A stretch of DNA of 64,000 nucleotides, taken from assembly GCA_965203175.1 (NCBI GenBank), contig OZ241867.1, forward strand, positions 2,656,001 through 2,720,000, in the 5' to 3' direction. The notes beneath the pieces are model-generated. The model was not told the origin of the DNA, ran no database searches, and saw nothing but the letters and a program-made list of their open reading frames with translations. This stretch comes from Candidatus Latescibacterota bacterium (GTDB lineage: Bacteria > Latescibacterota > UBA2968 > UBA8231). Positions 48,987 through 58,581 of this stretch are shown here, piece by piece. Every line of letters begins with the position of its first letter. Within the stretch, counting starts at the first letter, position 1. The position numbers and the translations under genes are program-made.

Positions 48987-49667
48987 TCAGCTTTTGTTGA
49001 TCAGATGACAGGAGCCGTCGTCTTGGCCGACGATCACGAGATGGGTCATTGCGAGGAAAAGGCCGTTTTCCACGACCCCGGGCAAGGCATTGAGCCAGTG
49101 CTCGGTGGCGCGGACATCGTCGATCCCTGCGGGGAAACGAGCGTCGATGACGTAGTTGCCGTTGTCAGTGACATACGGGGTGTCCGGGGTCTGCAAGCGC
49201 AAGGCTGGGACGAGGCCCCGCTCTTCGAGACGCCGGGCGATGAGGGGATGGGACCAAGGGATGACCTCGACCGGCAGCGGGGACTTGGTGCCGAGCTGAT
49301 CGACTAGCTTGGATGGATCGGCGACAATGATTTGGTGTGTAGTGATGGAGGCGACGATTTTCTCGCGCAGGAGCGCGCCGCCTAGGCCTTTGATTAAGTC
49401 GAGGTTAGGATCGACCTCGTCAGCCCCGTCGATAGTCAAATCGACGCTGGACACCTCGGCGAGCGTTGTCAGTTCGATGCCGAGGGAGCGGGCCAAGGCG
49501 GCCGAGGCTTCCGAGGTGGGGATAGCCTTGACTGCCAGCCCGGCCGCGACGAGCTCCCCGAGGGCGCGGATGGCCCACTCAGTGGTTGAGCCAGTGCCCA
49601 ATCCCACGATCATACCAGCTTTGATGTACTCGGCGGCGCGACGGCCGGCGGCTTCTTTCGGCGTCAT
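48987..49667 (-). CDS. rpiA: Ribose-5-phosphate isomerase A
   Basis: GLGTGST, DGADEVD, KGLGGALLREK. Confidence 0.96.
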   Translation of the reverse strand: MTPKEAAGRRAAEYIKAGMIVGLGTGSTTEWAIRALGELVAAGLAVKAIPTSEASAALARSLGIELTTLAEVSSVDLTIDGADEVDPNLDLIKGLGGALLREKIVASITTHQIIVADPSKLVDQLGTKSPLPVEVIPWSHPLIARRLEERGLVPALRLQTPDTPYVTDNGNYVIDARFPAGIDDVRATEHWLNALPGVVENGLFLAMTHLVIVGQDDGSCHLINKS

Positions 49668-49679
49668 GTCGTTACCAAT

Positions 49680-50147
49680 TTAGAGGCGCGTGCAATAGTG
49701 GATCTGGCGGGCGACTTCCTCAAAGCCAAGGCTGGGATACAAGTGTGCGCCGACGGGGTTTTGCGCCAGCGTCTCTATCTTGGCGCACTCCATGCCTGCG
49801 GCGCGCAGGTGCGCTAAGCCGTGTTCCAGCAATTGGCGACCCACGCCCTTGCCTTGACAATGCGGCAGGACGGCGAGGTTGGGAATCCCGCCGATTTTGC
49901 TCTCGCGGTCGATGCGGGTGGTGATGTAGCCGACGACCTCGCCGTCTTCCTCCCACACAAAGACGCCGCTTGCTCGCTCGCCGGCTACGTCGTCGTCGAT
50001 GTGGCGCAGCTTGCGAAATTGCCAGTCGCGTTCGCCGATTAGTCCGAAGCGCTGCTCGATGTTGTGGTCGATGGATACCCCTGGGAAGCAGACGGCCGTG
50101 ATGTGCTTGAGCGCGGGCAAGTCCTCTGGGCGATAGGGGCGAATCAC
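49680..50147 (-). CDS. GNAT family N-acetyltransferase
   Basis: AVLPHCQGKGVG motif A and LYPSLGF. Confidence 0.88.
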   Translation of the reverse strand: MIRPYRPEDLPALKHITAVCFPGVSIDHNIEQRFGLIGERDWQFRKLRHIDDDVAGERASGVFVWEEDGEVVGYITTRIDRESKIGGIPNLAVLPHCQGKGVGRQLLEHGLAHLRAAGMECAKIETLAQNPVGAHLYPSLGFEEVARQIHYCTRL

Positions 50148-50151
50148 AGAG

Positions 50152-53100
50152 TCAGCTTCCAGTGGATACGGAGATCTGCAACATCTCCGGATCCGGGGCG
50201 GTCTCGCGCCCGGCTAGCAACTCAGCGGCCCGCTTCTTGGCAGCCTCCATTTTGGGCTGCCGGACGCCGCGGTAGCCGCGCACCTCCTCGGGCAGCGACA
50301 GGATTTGCACCCAAGTGTCGTACTCGTCTGCGGAGCGCGGGGAAATGTCGGCGATCAGGCTTTCGTACCAAGCGGCGAAGTCGCGCTCTTCGCGGTGCCA
50401 CCACGAGGAGCAGAGCCGGCGCAGGAACTTCATGCGAGCGATTAACTTTAGCGGCCTATCGCCCAGCTTGAGATCCGGGCGGAAGTCGCGGCCAAACAGG
50501 CGCAGATGCGGCCGGTTCAGGTGGCGGTAGCGGATGCGGTCGCCGCGGCTCGGGTCGATGTTGTAGCGGCGGCGGTCGCGGCGGTACTTCTCCTCGCAGG
50601 TGAGCAGATAAGCCACGTAGATCTCGTCCTTGATGGCGAGGACCTTGGCGAGTTGGTAGATGACCGTGCGGGTGGCCGCGAAATTGCGCTCAGGCCCGTC
50701 TTTGGCCTGCACGGCGAGCACTTGGTGGATATAGCGGTCGGCGTAATCGAGGTTTTCGTACTGGATCAGGTCGTACACCCGCAGTGCAAAGTGCCGCCGC
50801 GCCGTGGCGACGGGCGTATCGCGGATGCGGTTGCGGTAGGCCTCGGCGACGCGCTTGCCCTTCTTCTTGGCCAGTAGCGCGGTTTTGTCGGCGACGAGCT
50901 CGGCGTAGCTAAGTGGTTTTTCTTCGATCGGAAAATGGTTCGGATCGAGCGCTAGGTACCGCCCCATGTTAAAGGCTTTTAGGTTGGTCTCTAGGTCGCG
51001 GCGCACGGCCTGTCCGATGGCCCAGAGCAAAATGTCTAGGTCTAGGGAGAGAAGCCCGCGCTGGAAGGCCACGCCGAGCATCATGATGTTGGCGTAAAGT
51101 TTGTTGCCCAAGTAGTGCTCGCAGATGCGGAAGAGATTCGCGCCAAAGTACGCGTCTGGCCGGGTGTGTTGGTGGATCAGGTCGGCTTGATCTTCCGCCG
51201 AGAAATCCTCTTGGCCGATTAGGGTGTCGATCGTGGGGGTTTTGGCGGTGTTGACGATGGCGGCGGTGCGCTCTGGGTGGGCGATGCGGTAGCGGCCTTC
51301 GGGTTCGAGGCCGCGCGCCGCTTCGAGTATATCGAGCCCGAAGAGCAAGTCGGCCTTGCCGCAGGGAATCAGCGGGGAGACCGGGGTGCCCTTGGGTGAG
51401 TAGCTCAAGTGCGAATAAACCGAGCCGTTGCGGATGGCCAGCCCCTTCTTGTTGGTCAGTCGCACTTCGTAGCCCTGCCGTACCCCAGCTTGCGCCAGCA
51501 CCGAAGCCACCACGTTGACGCCCATGCCGCCGACTCCGGCTATGTAGGTGTACCAGATGTCGGTTAGAGGACGATGGGGAGGCGCGGGCAACTGGCCGAC
51601 GTCAATGGGCGGGGTCGAGACGGTGGGTGGAGCTTTGCGCTGGACGGTGATTTCCTCAAAAGATGGACAGGTTTTGTCGCCATCGCCGACTTCGACCCGG
51701 GTGCAGGCACCGTCGGCAACGCAGGAGGAAGGGTCGATGGCGATCTTGGGGCCGTACTCGGTGGCGGACGCGACCGTCAGGCCGCTGCAGCCAGTCGCTT
51801 GGGTGCATTCGAGGCAGTACTCGCAGACATCTTCGCTGATATTGATGTGCTTTTCGACCGGCAGGAAGCCCTGCTCTTTAGCGATCGCGCTCTGGCTGGC
51901 TCGCTCGCGGCGGTGGTAGGTGATGCCGCATTCCTTGTCGGCGATGATGATTTTGACTCCGTCGCGGAGCAAGGTTTCGCGGACCAGGGTGTCGTAGTCT
52001 TGGCGCTGGGATGGGTCCATGCGGGCGATAAAGGTCGACGAGCCGCCCGCTAGGCCGGTGACGGCCTTTTCTATGTCTTGGGCGAAGGTCGGTTTGCCCA
52101 AGACATCGACGTCCACACCTGGGGTGGGCTGGTGCCCGGTCATGGCCGTGGTCTTGTTGTCGAGGATGATGTAGGTGATGTCCTGGCCGTTTTTGATGGA
52201 GTCGGAGATGGCGATCATGCCGGTGTGGAAGAAGGTCGAGTCCCCCATGAAGACGAGCTGTTTATTGTCGATAAAGGGATCGATGCCCGCGCCGGTTCCG
52301 CCGCCTAGGCCCATGCCGGAAAGATTGTGCATCAGTTCGGAAAACGGCGCGTATTTGAGCATGGAATAGCAGCCAATGTCGCCGTGGAAGACCAAGTCTA
52401 CCGGGGCTTGGCCCTCGGGCGGCGCAGCTAGGTCGGCCGCGGCTTTCTTGAGCACGCTGGCCGAGTCGCGGTGTGGGCACCCCGGGCAAAAGGAGGGCGC
52501 GCGCGGTGGCACGGCCGTGGTGGAGTTGACAGGGGCCAAGGAGTTGAGTTCGGCCTGTAGTTTCTCGCGGTCAATGGGTAGCTCAGCGTCTAGCGCAACG
52601 AAGAGGCGCGCTAGGGTTTGGACGATGAGCGAGGGGTGCAGGCCCTGGATATCGGGAAAGCCCGGGGTGTTGCCTGGGAAGCGCTTGCCCCACAGCGCGG
52701 CACCAAGTTCTTTTTGCCGCGCCAATTCGGCGGCGATTTGCGGCTCTATAAAGGCGCGCTTTTCCTCGACCACGCAGAAAGTTTGCGCGCAATCGGCAAA
52801 GCGCGCGATCATGTGGGGATCAACCGGGTAGGTAATGCCCAGCTTGAGGATGGGGAAATGCCCGGTTAGCCCGAGGATGTGCAGAGCGTGTTCGAGATAG
52901 CTATAAGCCAAGCCGGAGGTGATAAAGCCCAGCGGCTTGGGAGCCGCGTTCGGAGGATAGAGGATTTGATTGATGCCCGCTTCCCGCGCTAGCTGCCACA
53001 GGCGGGGGTAGCGCTGGTGGACGACTTCGCGCTCTTTGTGCGCGGTGGCCGGCGGGATAATGACGCGGTCGTCAGAGCAAATGGTGCTGGTGTCCAGCGC

Positions 53101-53706
53101 GATGCGCTGCTTGCGGTTGAGGGCGGCAAAGCGGTTGGGATAGACGGTGACGCTGCCGCCGCCATCGGCTTGGTTGGAGGTGACCAGATAGGTCAGATAG
53201 AGACCCGAGCGGCGCGACAGTTCGAAGCCGTGTCCGATCCAGTCTTTTATCTCCTGAAAGGTCGCGGGTTCGAGGACCGGCATGTAGAGATGCTGCGACA
53301 GAAAGCGCGAGTCCGCCGGTACTTGGGTTCCCTCGGACCAGGTGTCATCGCCCACGGCGACTAGGGCACCTCCGCTGGGCGAAGCACCGACCATGTTGCC
53401 GAGGGCCAATCCGTCGGCCGCCACATGTAGGCCGACGCTCTTCATCACGGCTAGGGCGCGAATGCCCTCCATCTGCGAGCCGTTGAGGCGAGCCGCGGCG
53501 AGGGCTTCGTTGTTGGCGATCTGCGCGACGATGCCGTGTTCGTTAAAGAGGTCCTTGTTGTTTTCGAGGGTCTCGAAAAGCTCGGCCAAGGGCGAGCCGG
53601 GGTACCCGGTAATGACGCTGACTTGGCTTTCTAAGGCACCCTTGACGATCAGCTCGTTGCCGGTGTAAATGCCCGTGCCTTGTTCGAGTGAGAAGCGGGG
53701 ATCCAT
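50152..53706 (-). CDS. Fused indolepyruvate ferredoxin oxidoreductase (IorA-IorB) family protein
   Basis: GYPGSP, FCPGCPH, GDIGCY, TPP motif GDSTFFH..DNKTTAMTG, ferredoxin Cys cluster, GVGGMGV. Confidence 0.9.
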   Translation of the reverse strand: MDPRFSLEQGTGIYTGNELIVKGALESQVSVITGYPGSPLAELFETLENNKDLFNEHGIVAQIANNEALAAARLNGSQMEGIRALAVMKSVGLHVAADGLALGNMVGASPSGGALVAVGDDTWSEGTQVPADSRFLSQHLYMPVLEPATFQEIKDWIGHGFELSRRSGLYLTYLVTSNQADGGGSVTVYPNRFAALNRKQRIALDTSTICSDDRVIIPPATAHKEREVVHQRYPRLWQLAREAGINQILYPPNAAPKPLGFITSGLAYSYLEHALHILGLTGHFPILKLGITYPVDPHMIARFADCAQTFCVVEEKRAFIEPQIAAELARQKELGAALWGKRFPGNTPGFPDIQGLHPSLIVQTLARLFVALDAELPIDREKLQAELNSLAPVNSTTAVPPRAPSFCPGCPHRDSASVLKKAAADLAAPPEGQAPVDLVFHGDIGCYSMLKYAPFSELMHNLSGMGLGGGTGAGIDPFIDNKQLVFMGDSTFFHTGMIAISDSIKNGQDITYIILDNKTTAMTGHQPTPGVDVDVLGKPTFAQDIEKAVTGLAGGSSTFIARMDPSQRQDYDTLVRETLLRDGVKIIIADKECGITYHRRERASQSAIAKEQGFLPVEKHINISEDVCEYCLECTQATGCSGLTVASATEYGPKIAIDPSSCVADGACTRVEVGDGDKTCPSFEEITVQRKAPPTVSTPPIDVGQLPAPPHRPLTDIWYTYIAGVGGMGVNVVASVLAQAGVRQGYEVRLTNKKGLAIRNGSVYSHLSYSPKGTPVSPLIPCGKADLLFGLDILEAARGLEPEGRYRIAHPERTAAIVNTAKTPTIDTLIGQEDFSAEDQADLIHQHTRPDAYFGANLFRICEHYLGNKLYANIMMLGVAFQRGLLSLDLDILLWAIGQAVRRDLETNLKAFNMGRYLALDPNHFPIEEKPLSYAELVADKTALLAKKKGKRVAEAYRNRIRDTPVATARRHFALRVYDLIQYENLDYADRYIHQVLAVQAKDGPERNFAATRTVIYQLAKVLAIKDEIYVAYLLTCEEKYRRDRRRYNIDPSRGDRIRYRHLNRPHLRLFGRDFRPDLKLGDRPLKLIARMKFLRRLCSSWWHREERDFAAWYESLIADISPRSADEYDTWVQILSLPEEVRGYRGVRQPKMEAAKKRAAELLAGRETAPDPEMLQISVSTGS

Positions 53707-53785
53707 GGTCCTATCTGAGGAGGTTGGGGAATGAACGAAAACATAGTACGAGGTCTGAGGCGGTTGTCAAGTCGGCCTGGCGGCC

Positions 53786-54370
53786 TCACGCTTCGGCATC
53801 GAGCCAATAGCGCTGGTATTCCTCTACGAAAGTAAGGGTCTGTAGATCGGCCATGCGGTCTAGGAAGAGCACGCCGTCGAGATGGTCGATTTCGTGCTGG
53901 AGGACGCGGGCAAAAATCCCCTCTGCTTCCAGTTCCACCGCTTGACCCTCGCGGTCGTAGCCCTGGACCTCCACGGTTGCCGAGCGCGGGACGACACCGC
54001 GCAATTGGGGAATGCTCAAGCAACCTTCCCAGGCGTCTACTCGATCCGGCGACAGGGAGGTAAAATGTGGATTGAAGAGCACGGTTAGCGGAATGACGGC
54101 CTCGTCTTGAGGATCGGCTGCGGGCTTCGACGACTCGACTGAGCTCGCCAAAGTCCTGAGCTCAGCCGAAGGGTCGCCGAGGACGATCAGCCGCAAGGAT
54201 TCAAAGACTTGCGGCGCGGCCAAGCCAATGCCCTCGTAGTCGATCATGGTCTCGATCATGTCGTCGATCAAGCGCTGCATCTGAGAGCTTTGCATCTGGG
54301 CGGGAGGGATCTCTGCGGCGCGTTGGCGCAGCACCGGATGCCCCATCCGCGACACTTTGCGAATGGCCAT
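53786..54370 (-). CDS. def: Peptide deformylase with in-frame insertion
   Basis: GIGLAAPQ, EGCLS, QHEIDHLDG. Confidence 0.95.
   Translation of the reverse strand: MAIRKVSRMGHPVLRQRAAEIPPAQMQSSQMQRLIDDMIETMIDYEGIGLAAPQVFESLRLIVLGDPSAELRTLASSVESSKPAADPQDEAVIPLTVLFNPHFTSLSPDRVDAWEGCLSIPQLRGVVPRSATVEVQGYDREGQAVELEAEGIFARVLQHEIDHLDGVLFLDRMADLQTLTFVEEYQRYWLDAEA
54124..54173. repeat. Palindromic element inside def
   Basis: Minus strand TTCGGCTGAGCTC-AGGACTTTGGC-GAGCTCAGTCGAG forms a 13-bp hairpin with G-U pairs. Encodes PSAELRTLASSVESSK. Confidence 0.7.
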
Positions 54371-54374
54371 GGCG

Positions 54375-54971
54375 TTACGGCGTTTGGGGGGGAGCCGCCG
54401 AGAGACAGCAGCGGAAACCCACTAAATCGAGGTGGTAGTCGGAGTCGAGGAACCGGCCGTAGCGGGCGTCGGCCCGGGCTAGGTTGACGTTGTGAAAGAA
54501 GGAGCCGCCGCGCACGATCCGCCAGCGGTCGGAGCGCGAATACCAGGACGCGGTCCACTCCCAGACATTGCCGATCATGTCATAGACTCCGTAGGCATTG
54601 GTGCAGCGTTCATACGTGCCGCTGGGCACTAGGCCCGGTCCGCGCTGCCAGATCCCAGCGACGGCAAAGCGCGTATTGCAGCGTCCAGGCTCGAAATTCT
54701 CGCCATAGGAGTACGCGAAGTTCTGTGGCCCAGTGCAGGCTTTCTGCCATTCCTGTTCGGTGCACAGCCGCTTGCCCTGCGCCGCGCAGAGCGATTCGGC
54801 TTCGCCCCAAGTGACGTCGACTTTGGGCAGGGTGCCGCGCTGGTTGGGGTACTCGTACTTGTCGATGTAGAAGTCCGGGCCGATCCATACCATGCCTTCC
54901 ACGTCGGCCGCGGCTAGCGCTGGCAGGACGAGCAACAGGCAGAGGATTAGCAGATTTTTCATGGCACTCAT
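54375..54971 (-). CDS. Secreted SUMF1/FGE-sulfatase-fold protein
   Basis: RLCTEQEW, GVYDMIGNVWEW, RGGS, GFRCC. Lacks the FGE catalytic Cys pair. Confidence 0.85.
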   Translation of the reverse strand: MSAMKNLLILCLLLVLPALAAADVEGMVWIGPDFYIDKYEYPNQRGTLPKVDVTWGEAESLCAAQGKRLCTEQEWQKACTGPQNFAYSYGENFEPGRCNTRFAVAGIWQRGPGLVPSGTYERCTNAYGVYDMIGNVWEWTASWYSRSDRWRIVRGGSFFHNVNLARADARYGRFLDSDYHLDLVGFRCCLSAAPPQTP

Positions 54972-55762
54972 TCCGCGAATTGTACCGCGCCAAAGCGGGC
55001 GGGGTGGTGAAAGCCGCGTTGGTAGGTCTCGCTCCAGGCTGTGTACTCGGTCTGCTCGTGGTAGTGCTGATGAAGCGGGTCCGAGTCTGGGAGGTCATTT
55101 AGACGGCTTTTCAGGTTGCGCCCGCCCTTGCGTTCGATGCGGTAGAGGTTGAGCCGCCATATATCGCCTGCCGTTGGGCGCGCACCGCCTGTGACGCTAT
55201 CTGCCATAGCGGCCCAGGGAATGGCGATTTCCGTGGTCCAGCCCCAGTCGAGCGCGAGTGAGTCGTTCACTGTGCCGTAAGCTCGGACCGCCGTTTTAAG
55301 CCCGGCGATATCCCAGTCTTTGGACGAGTGCCACTCGGGCGACACCGAGTAGATTAGCAAATCGACGACCGCATTGAGCGGGTTGACCTCCAGCTCTAGG
55401 TAGCGTTTGCCGTCGCCGTCGGGGTCGATAAAGACCTCGACGACTTCCTCGCTCCACATCGGATCGTCTTCTTGGTCGTAGATAGCCCACATGTCCGCAT
55501 CTTGACAGACGAAGGCAAAGTAAAAGTAGTCGCTATCCCACAGCATCTTCGCCCGCGTGGGAAAGAGCACTTCGTCGTAATCGTTGAGGATGCGTTCAAA
55601 GCGGTTGATTTGATGCGCCCTCTCCCAAGAGAATTCGTCCAATTTGCCATCGACGACGATCGGTTTGAGGGCGCGTTGAACTGCGTACTGCGCCTGCAGA
55701 CCTACTTCGGCGTACGCTGCGAGTGGAAGGATGGCGAGCGTCAGAATCGTCAAAAAGCGCAT
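54968..55762 (-). CDS. Secreted CBM9-like protein
   Basis: VDGKLDE.SW, LWDSDYFY, VEVFIDP, EIAIPW, WRLNLYR. Confidence 0.82.
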   Translation of the reverse strand: MRFLTILTLAILPLAAYAEVGLQAQYAVQRALKPIVVDGKLDEFSWERAHQINRFERILNDYDEVLFPTRAKMLWDSDYFYFAFVCQDADMWAIYDQEDDPMWSEEVVEVFIDPDGDGKRYLELEVNPLNAVVDLLIYSVSPEWHSSKDWDIAGLKTAVRAYGTVNDSLALDWGWTTEIAIPWAAMADSVTGGARPTAGDIWRLNLYRIERKGGRNLKSRLNDLPDSDPLHQHYHEQTEYTAWSETYQRGFHHPARFGAVQFAE

Positions 55763-55879
55763 ACATTCTCCTTATTTTGGAGGGCTGAATATACGAAAAT
55801 CGCGCTGTCGTACCAAAATGTAAAAAGGGACGATGCCAAGCTGGCACCGCCCCTTGTGTCGTTTGAATATAGTTGATAT

Positions 55880-57361
55880 TTACACGTCGTAGTAGAGTGC
55901 GAACTCATAGGGATGAGGCCGCAAGCGGATGGCGTCGACTTCCTCGGTGCGCTTGTAGTCAATCCACGCGTCGATCAAGTCGTCCGAAAATACATCCCCC
56001 TGCAACAGAAAGTCCCGATCCTGCTCCAAGTTGTCCAACGACGCCTCCAACGAACCGGCCGTCTGCGGAACACCCGCTCGCTCCTCCGCCGACAGATCAT
56101 ACAGATTCTTGTCCAAAGGTTCACCCGGATCAAGCTGACGCTCGATCCCGTCCAACCCCGCCATCAGCATCGCCGACAGCGCCAAGTAGATGTTGCACGA
56201 CGGATCCGGACAGCGGAACTCCACCCGCTTGCTCTTGGGTGAAGGTGAATACATCGGAATGCGCACCGACGCACTGCGGTTGCGCTGCGAATAGGCCAGG
56301 TTCACCGGCGCCTCGTAGCCGGGCACCAGCCGCTTGTAGGAGTTGGTCGTCGGATTGGTAAACGCCAACAGCGCCGGCGCGTGGTGCAACAGCCCGCCGA
56401 TGTAGTGCAACGCCATCTGGCTCAGCCCGGCGTAGCCACTACCGGCAAACAACGGCGTATCGCCCTGCCACAGACTCTGGTGGGTGTGCATGCCCGTGCC
56501 GTTGTCCTCAAACAGCGGCTTGGGCATGAACGTGGCCGTCTTGCCGTGCCGATGCGCCACATTCTTGACGATGTATTTGTACAGCATCATCCGATCGCCG
56601 CAGATAAGCAGCGGACAAAAGCGAATGTCGATCTCGCCTTGGCCGGCGGTGCCCACCTCGTGGTGGTGGATCTCTGTGTCAATGCCGCAGTCGAGCATCG
56701 TCTGCACCATCTCGGTGCGAATGTCTTGCAGCGAATCCGTCGGCGGCACGGGGAAGTAGCCGCCCTTGTAATCGGGCTTGTAGCCGAGGTTAGGTCGGTC
56801 GGCGGAACCGGAGTTCCAGCGGCCTTCCTGCGAGTCGATCTCGTAGAATCCCAGATGGGCTTGCTGGTCGAAGCGGATGTTGTCGAAGATGAAAAACTCC
56901 GCTTCCGGTCCAAAGAATGCCGTGTCGGCTAGCTGGGTGCGTTGCAGATAGGCTTGGGCGCGCTGGGCGACGCCGCGGGGATCGCGGGCATAGGGCTGGC
57001 GGGTGATGGGGTCTTCAATCGAGCAGATCAGCGACAGAGTCGGCACCTGGGTGAACGGATCCATCACCGCGGTGGTCGGATCGGGCAGGACGAGCATGTC
57101 GGATTCGTTGATTTCCTGCCAGCCGCGAATGGAGGAGCCGTCGAAGCCGAGGCCTTCTTCGAACACGTCGGGTTCCAAATCGGCGATGGGCATGGTAAAG
57201 TGTTGCCAGGTGCCGGGCAGATCGACGAACTTGAAATCGACCATCTGCGCGTTGTTCTGGCGTGCTAAGGCCAGCGCCGACGAGACCGCGCTAGGCCCGG
57301 ATGACTTCGTTTTGGCTTTGGCTTTCGTTTTGGCTTTAGCTTTGGCTTTGGCTTTGGCCAT
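55880..57361 (-). CDS. glnA: Glutamine synthetase type I (GSI-beta) with Lys/Ala-rich N-terminal extension
   Basis: FDGSSI, HHEVGT, FMPKP..DNGTGMH, adenylylation-site NLYDL. Confidence 0.97.
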   Translation of the reverse strand: MAKAKAKAKAKTKAKAKTKSSGPSAVSSALALARQNNAQMVDFKFVDLPGTWQHFTMPIADLEPDVFEEGLGFDGSSIRGWQEINESDMLVLPDPTTAVMDPFTQVPTLSLICSIEDPITRQPYARDPRGVAQRAQAYLQRTQLADTAFFGPEAEFFIFDNIRFDQQAHLGFYEIDSQEGRWNSGSADRPNLGYKPDYKGGYFPVPPTDSLQDIRTEMVQTMLDCGIDTEIHHHEVGTAGQGEIDIRFCPLLICGDRMMLYKYIVKNVAHRHGKTATFMPKPLFEDNGTGMHTHQSLWQGDTPLFAGSGYAGLSQMALHYIGGLLHHAPALLAFTNPTTNSYKRLVPGYEAPVNLAYSQRNRSASVRIPMYSPSPKSKRVEFRCPDPSCNIYLALSAMLMAGLDGIERQLDPGEPLDKNLYDLSAEERAGVPQTAGSLEASLDNLEQDRDFLLQGDVFSDDLIDAWIDYKRTEEVDAIRLRPHPYEFALYYDV

Positions 57362-57398
57362 GAGAGATCCTTTCTCAAAGTAGTGGTTGATATGGGAT

Positions 57399-57432
57399 CA
57401 GGAGGCGCGCTCCCCGCCGCGCGCGCCTCCTG
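57399..57432. other. Intercistronic GC-rich hairpin (porin/glnA)
   Basis: 12-bp arms CAGGAGGCGCGC / GCGCGCCTCCTG. No U-tract on the coding strand. Confidence 0.6.
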
Positions 57433-57471
57433 CTTCTGGTCTGGGTTCCTCGTTGGAGTGCAGACTAGGTT

Positions 57472-58158
57472 TTAGAAGCTCCTACCAAAGACGAGGAAGG
57501 TGCTTTCTCTGTTGGGATTGAGGATATAGGAAGCGAAGTAGTCGCCCTTGCTCATGTTGAGGCCGACGCTGACCAGATCTATGGTATCCTCTGGATCTTC
57601 GCCGTCCCCTGGATTTTCGTCGACTTCATAGGTGTAAACCCCGTTGCCAAGGCCGACGGTGACGCTGACGGCAGTCTCTTCCATCTCTCCCAAGTCGTAG
57701 GTCGCTTCCGCCCAGAACGAATTATCGGAGTCGCCGGAGAAGTTATAGGCGACCAAGGCGCTCAAGGGCACGTCGTCTGGGGCAAGAGACGCGCTGACTT
57801 CGAGGACATGTACTGCGTCGTCGTTGCTGTAGCTGAAGAAATCGTCGTCTTCGGTCAGGCCCGGGAAATAGTAGTCGGTCAGGGTGACGCCGATGGGGCC
57901 GGACGAGAAGCTGACGTAGAGATCGTTCTCGTTGTTGGCACCGCCATCGGAGATCGCCCACGAGGACCAAGCGCCGACTTCGACGTTGCCGGAGCTGATG
58001 GACATGCCCGGCTGGACGCTGACGGCATTGCCAAAGTCCGTGCCGCGCCACACGTAGCGGTTGACTACGTCGGCACCAAAGCCAACCCCAGCATCGGCCG
58101 GAACGGCGGATAAGGTCAGCGCAAAGAAAAGGGGTGCGGCAAAAAGCAAGCGTTTCAT
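57472..58158 (-). CDS. TorF-like putative outer-membrane porin
   Basis: Signal peptide, NRYVWRG..VQPG, GAWSS, terminal Phe. Lies between glnK and glnA. Confidence 0.72.
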   Translation of the reverse strand: MKRLLFAAPLFFALTLSAVPADAGVGFGADVVNRYVWRGTDFGNAVSVQPGMSISSGNVEVGAWSSWAISDGGANNENDLYVSFSSGPIGVTLTDYYFPGLTEDDDFFSYSNDDAVHVLEVSASLAPDDVPLSALVAYNFSGDSDNSFWAEATYDLGEMEETAVSVTVGLGNGVYTYEVDENPGDGEDPEDTIDLVSVGLNMSKGDYFASYILNPNRESTFLVFGRSF

Positions 58159-58190
58159 CAATTCCTCCTTAGGTGGGTGGGGTAAGAGGA

Positions 58191-58219
58191 GGGCCGGTGT
58201 AGCCGAGCTACACCGGCCC
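58191..58219. other. Intercistronic hairpin (glnK/porin)
   Basis: 13-bp arms GGGCCGGTGTAGC / GCTACACCGGCCC. Confidence 0.6.
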
Positions 58220-58226
58220 CTTGCTA

Positions 58227-58565
58227 TCACAGGGCGCTTTCGCCCGTCTCGCCGGTGCGAATGCGCACAGCTTCTTGGATCGGCGAGGCGAAGACCTTGC
58301 CGTCGCCGACTTTGCCGGACTTGGCTGCCTCGACGATGGTGTTGATTGCCTGCTCGTGGTCAGCGTCCTTGACGACGACCTCGATTTTGATCTTGGGGAC
58401 GAAATCAATGCGGTACTCGGCTCCGCGATAGACCTCGCGATGGCCGCGCTGGCGGCCAAAGCCCCGCACTTCGGTTACGGACATGCCGGCGATGCCCCGT
58501 TCGCCCAGGGCCTTCTGCACGTCCTCAAGGGCCGATGGCCGGAGGTATGCTTCAATCTTATACAT
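58227..58565 (-). CDS. glnK: P-II nitrogen regulatory protein
   Basis: GFGRQRG..YRGAEY T-loop, GDGKVF, RIRTGE. Adjacent to amtB. Confidence 0.93.
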   Translation of the reverse strand: MYKIEAYLRPSALEDVQKALGERGIAGMSVTEVRGFGRQRGHREVYRGAEYRIDFVPKIKIEVVVKDADHEQAINTIVEAAKSGKVGDGKVFASPIQEAVRIRTGETGESAL

Positions 58566-58581
58566 CGTTGTTCCCCCTCGC

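Noticed and set aside
54375-54971. DGR target (FGE/C-type lectin fold) or true formylglycine-generating enzyme
   Set aside because: No reverse transcriptase or TR/VR pair in the window, and the catalytic Cys pair is missing.
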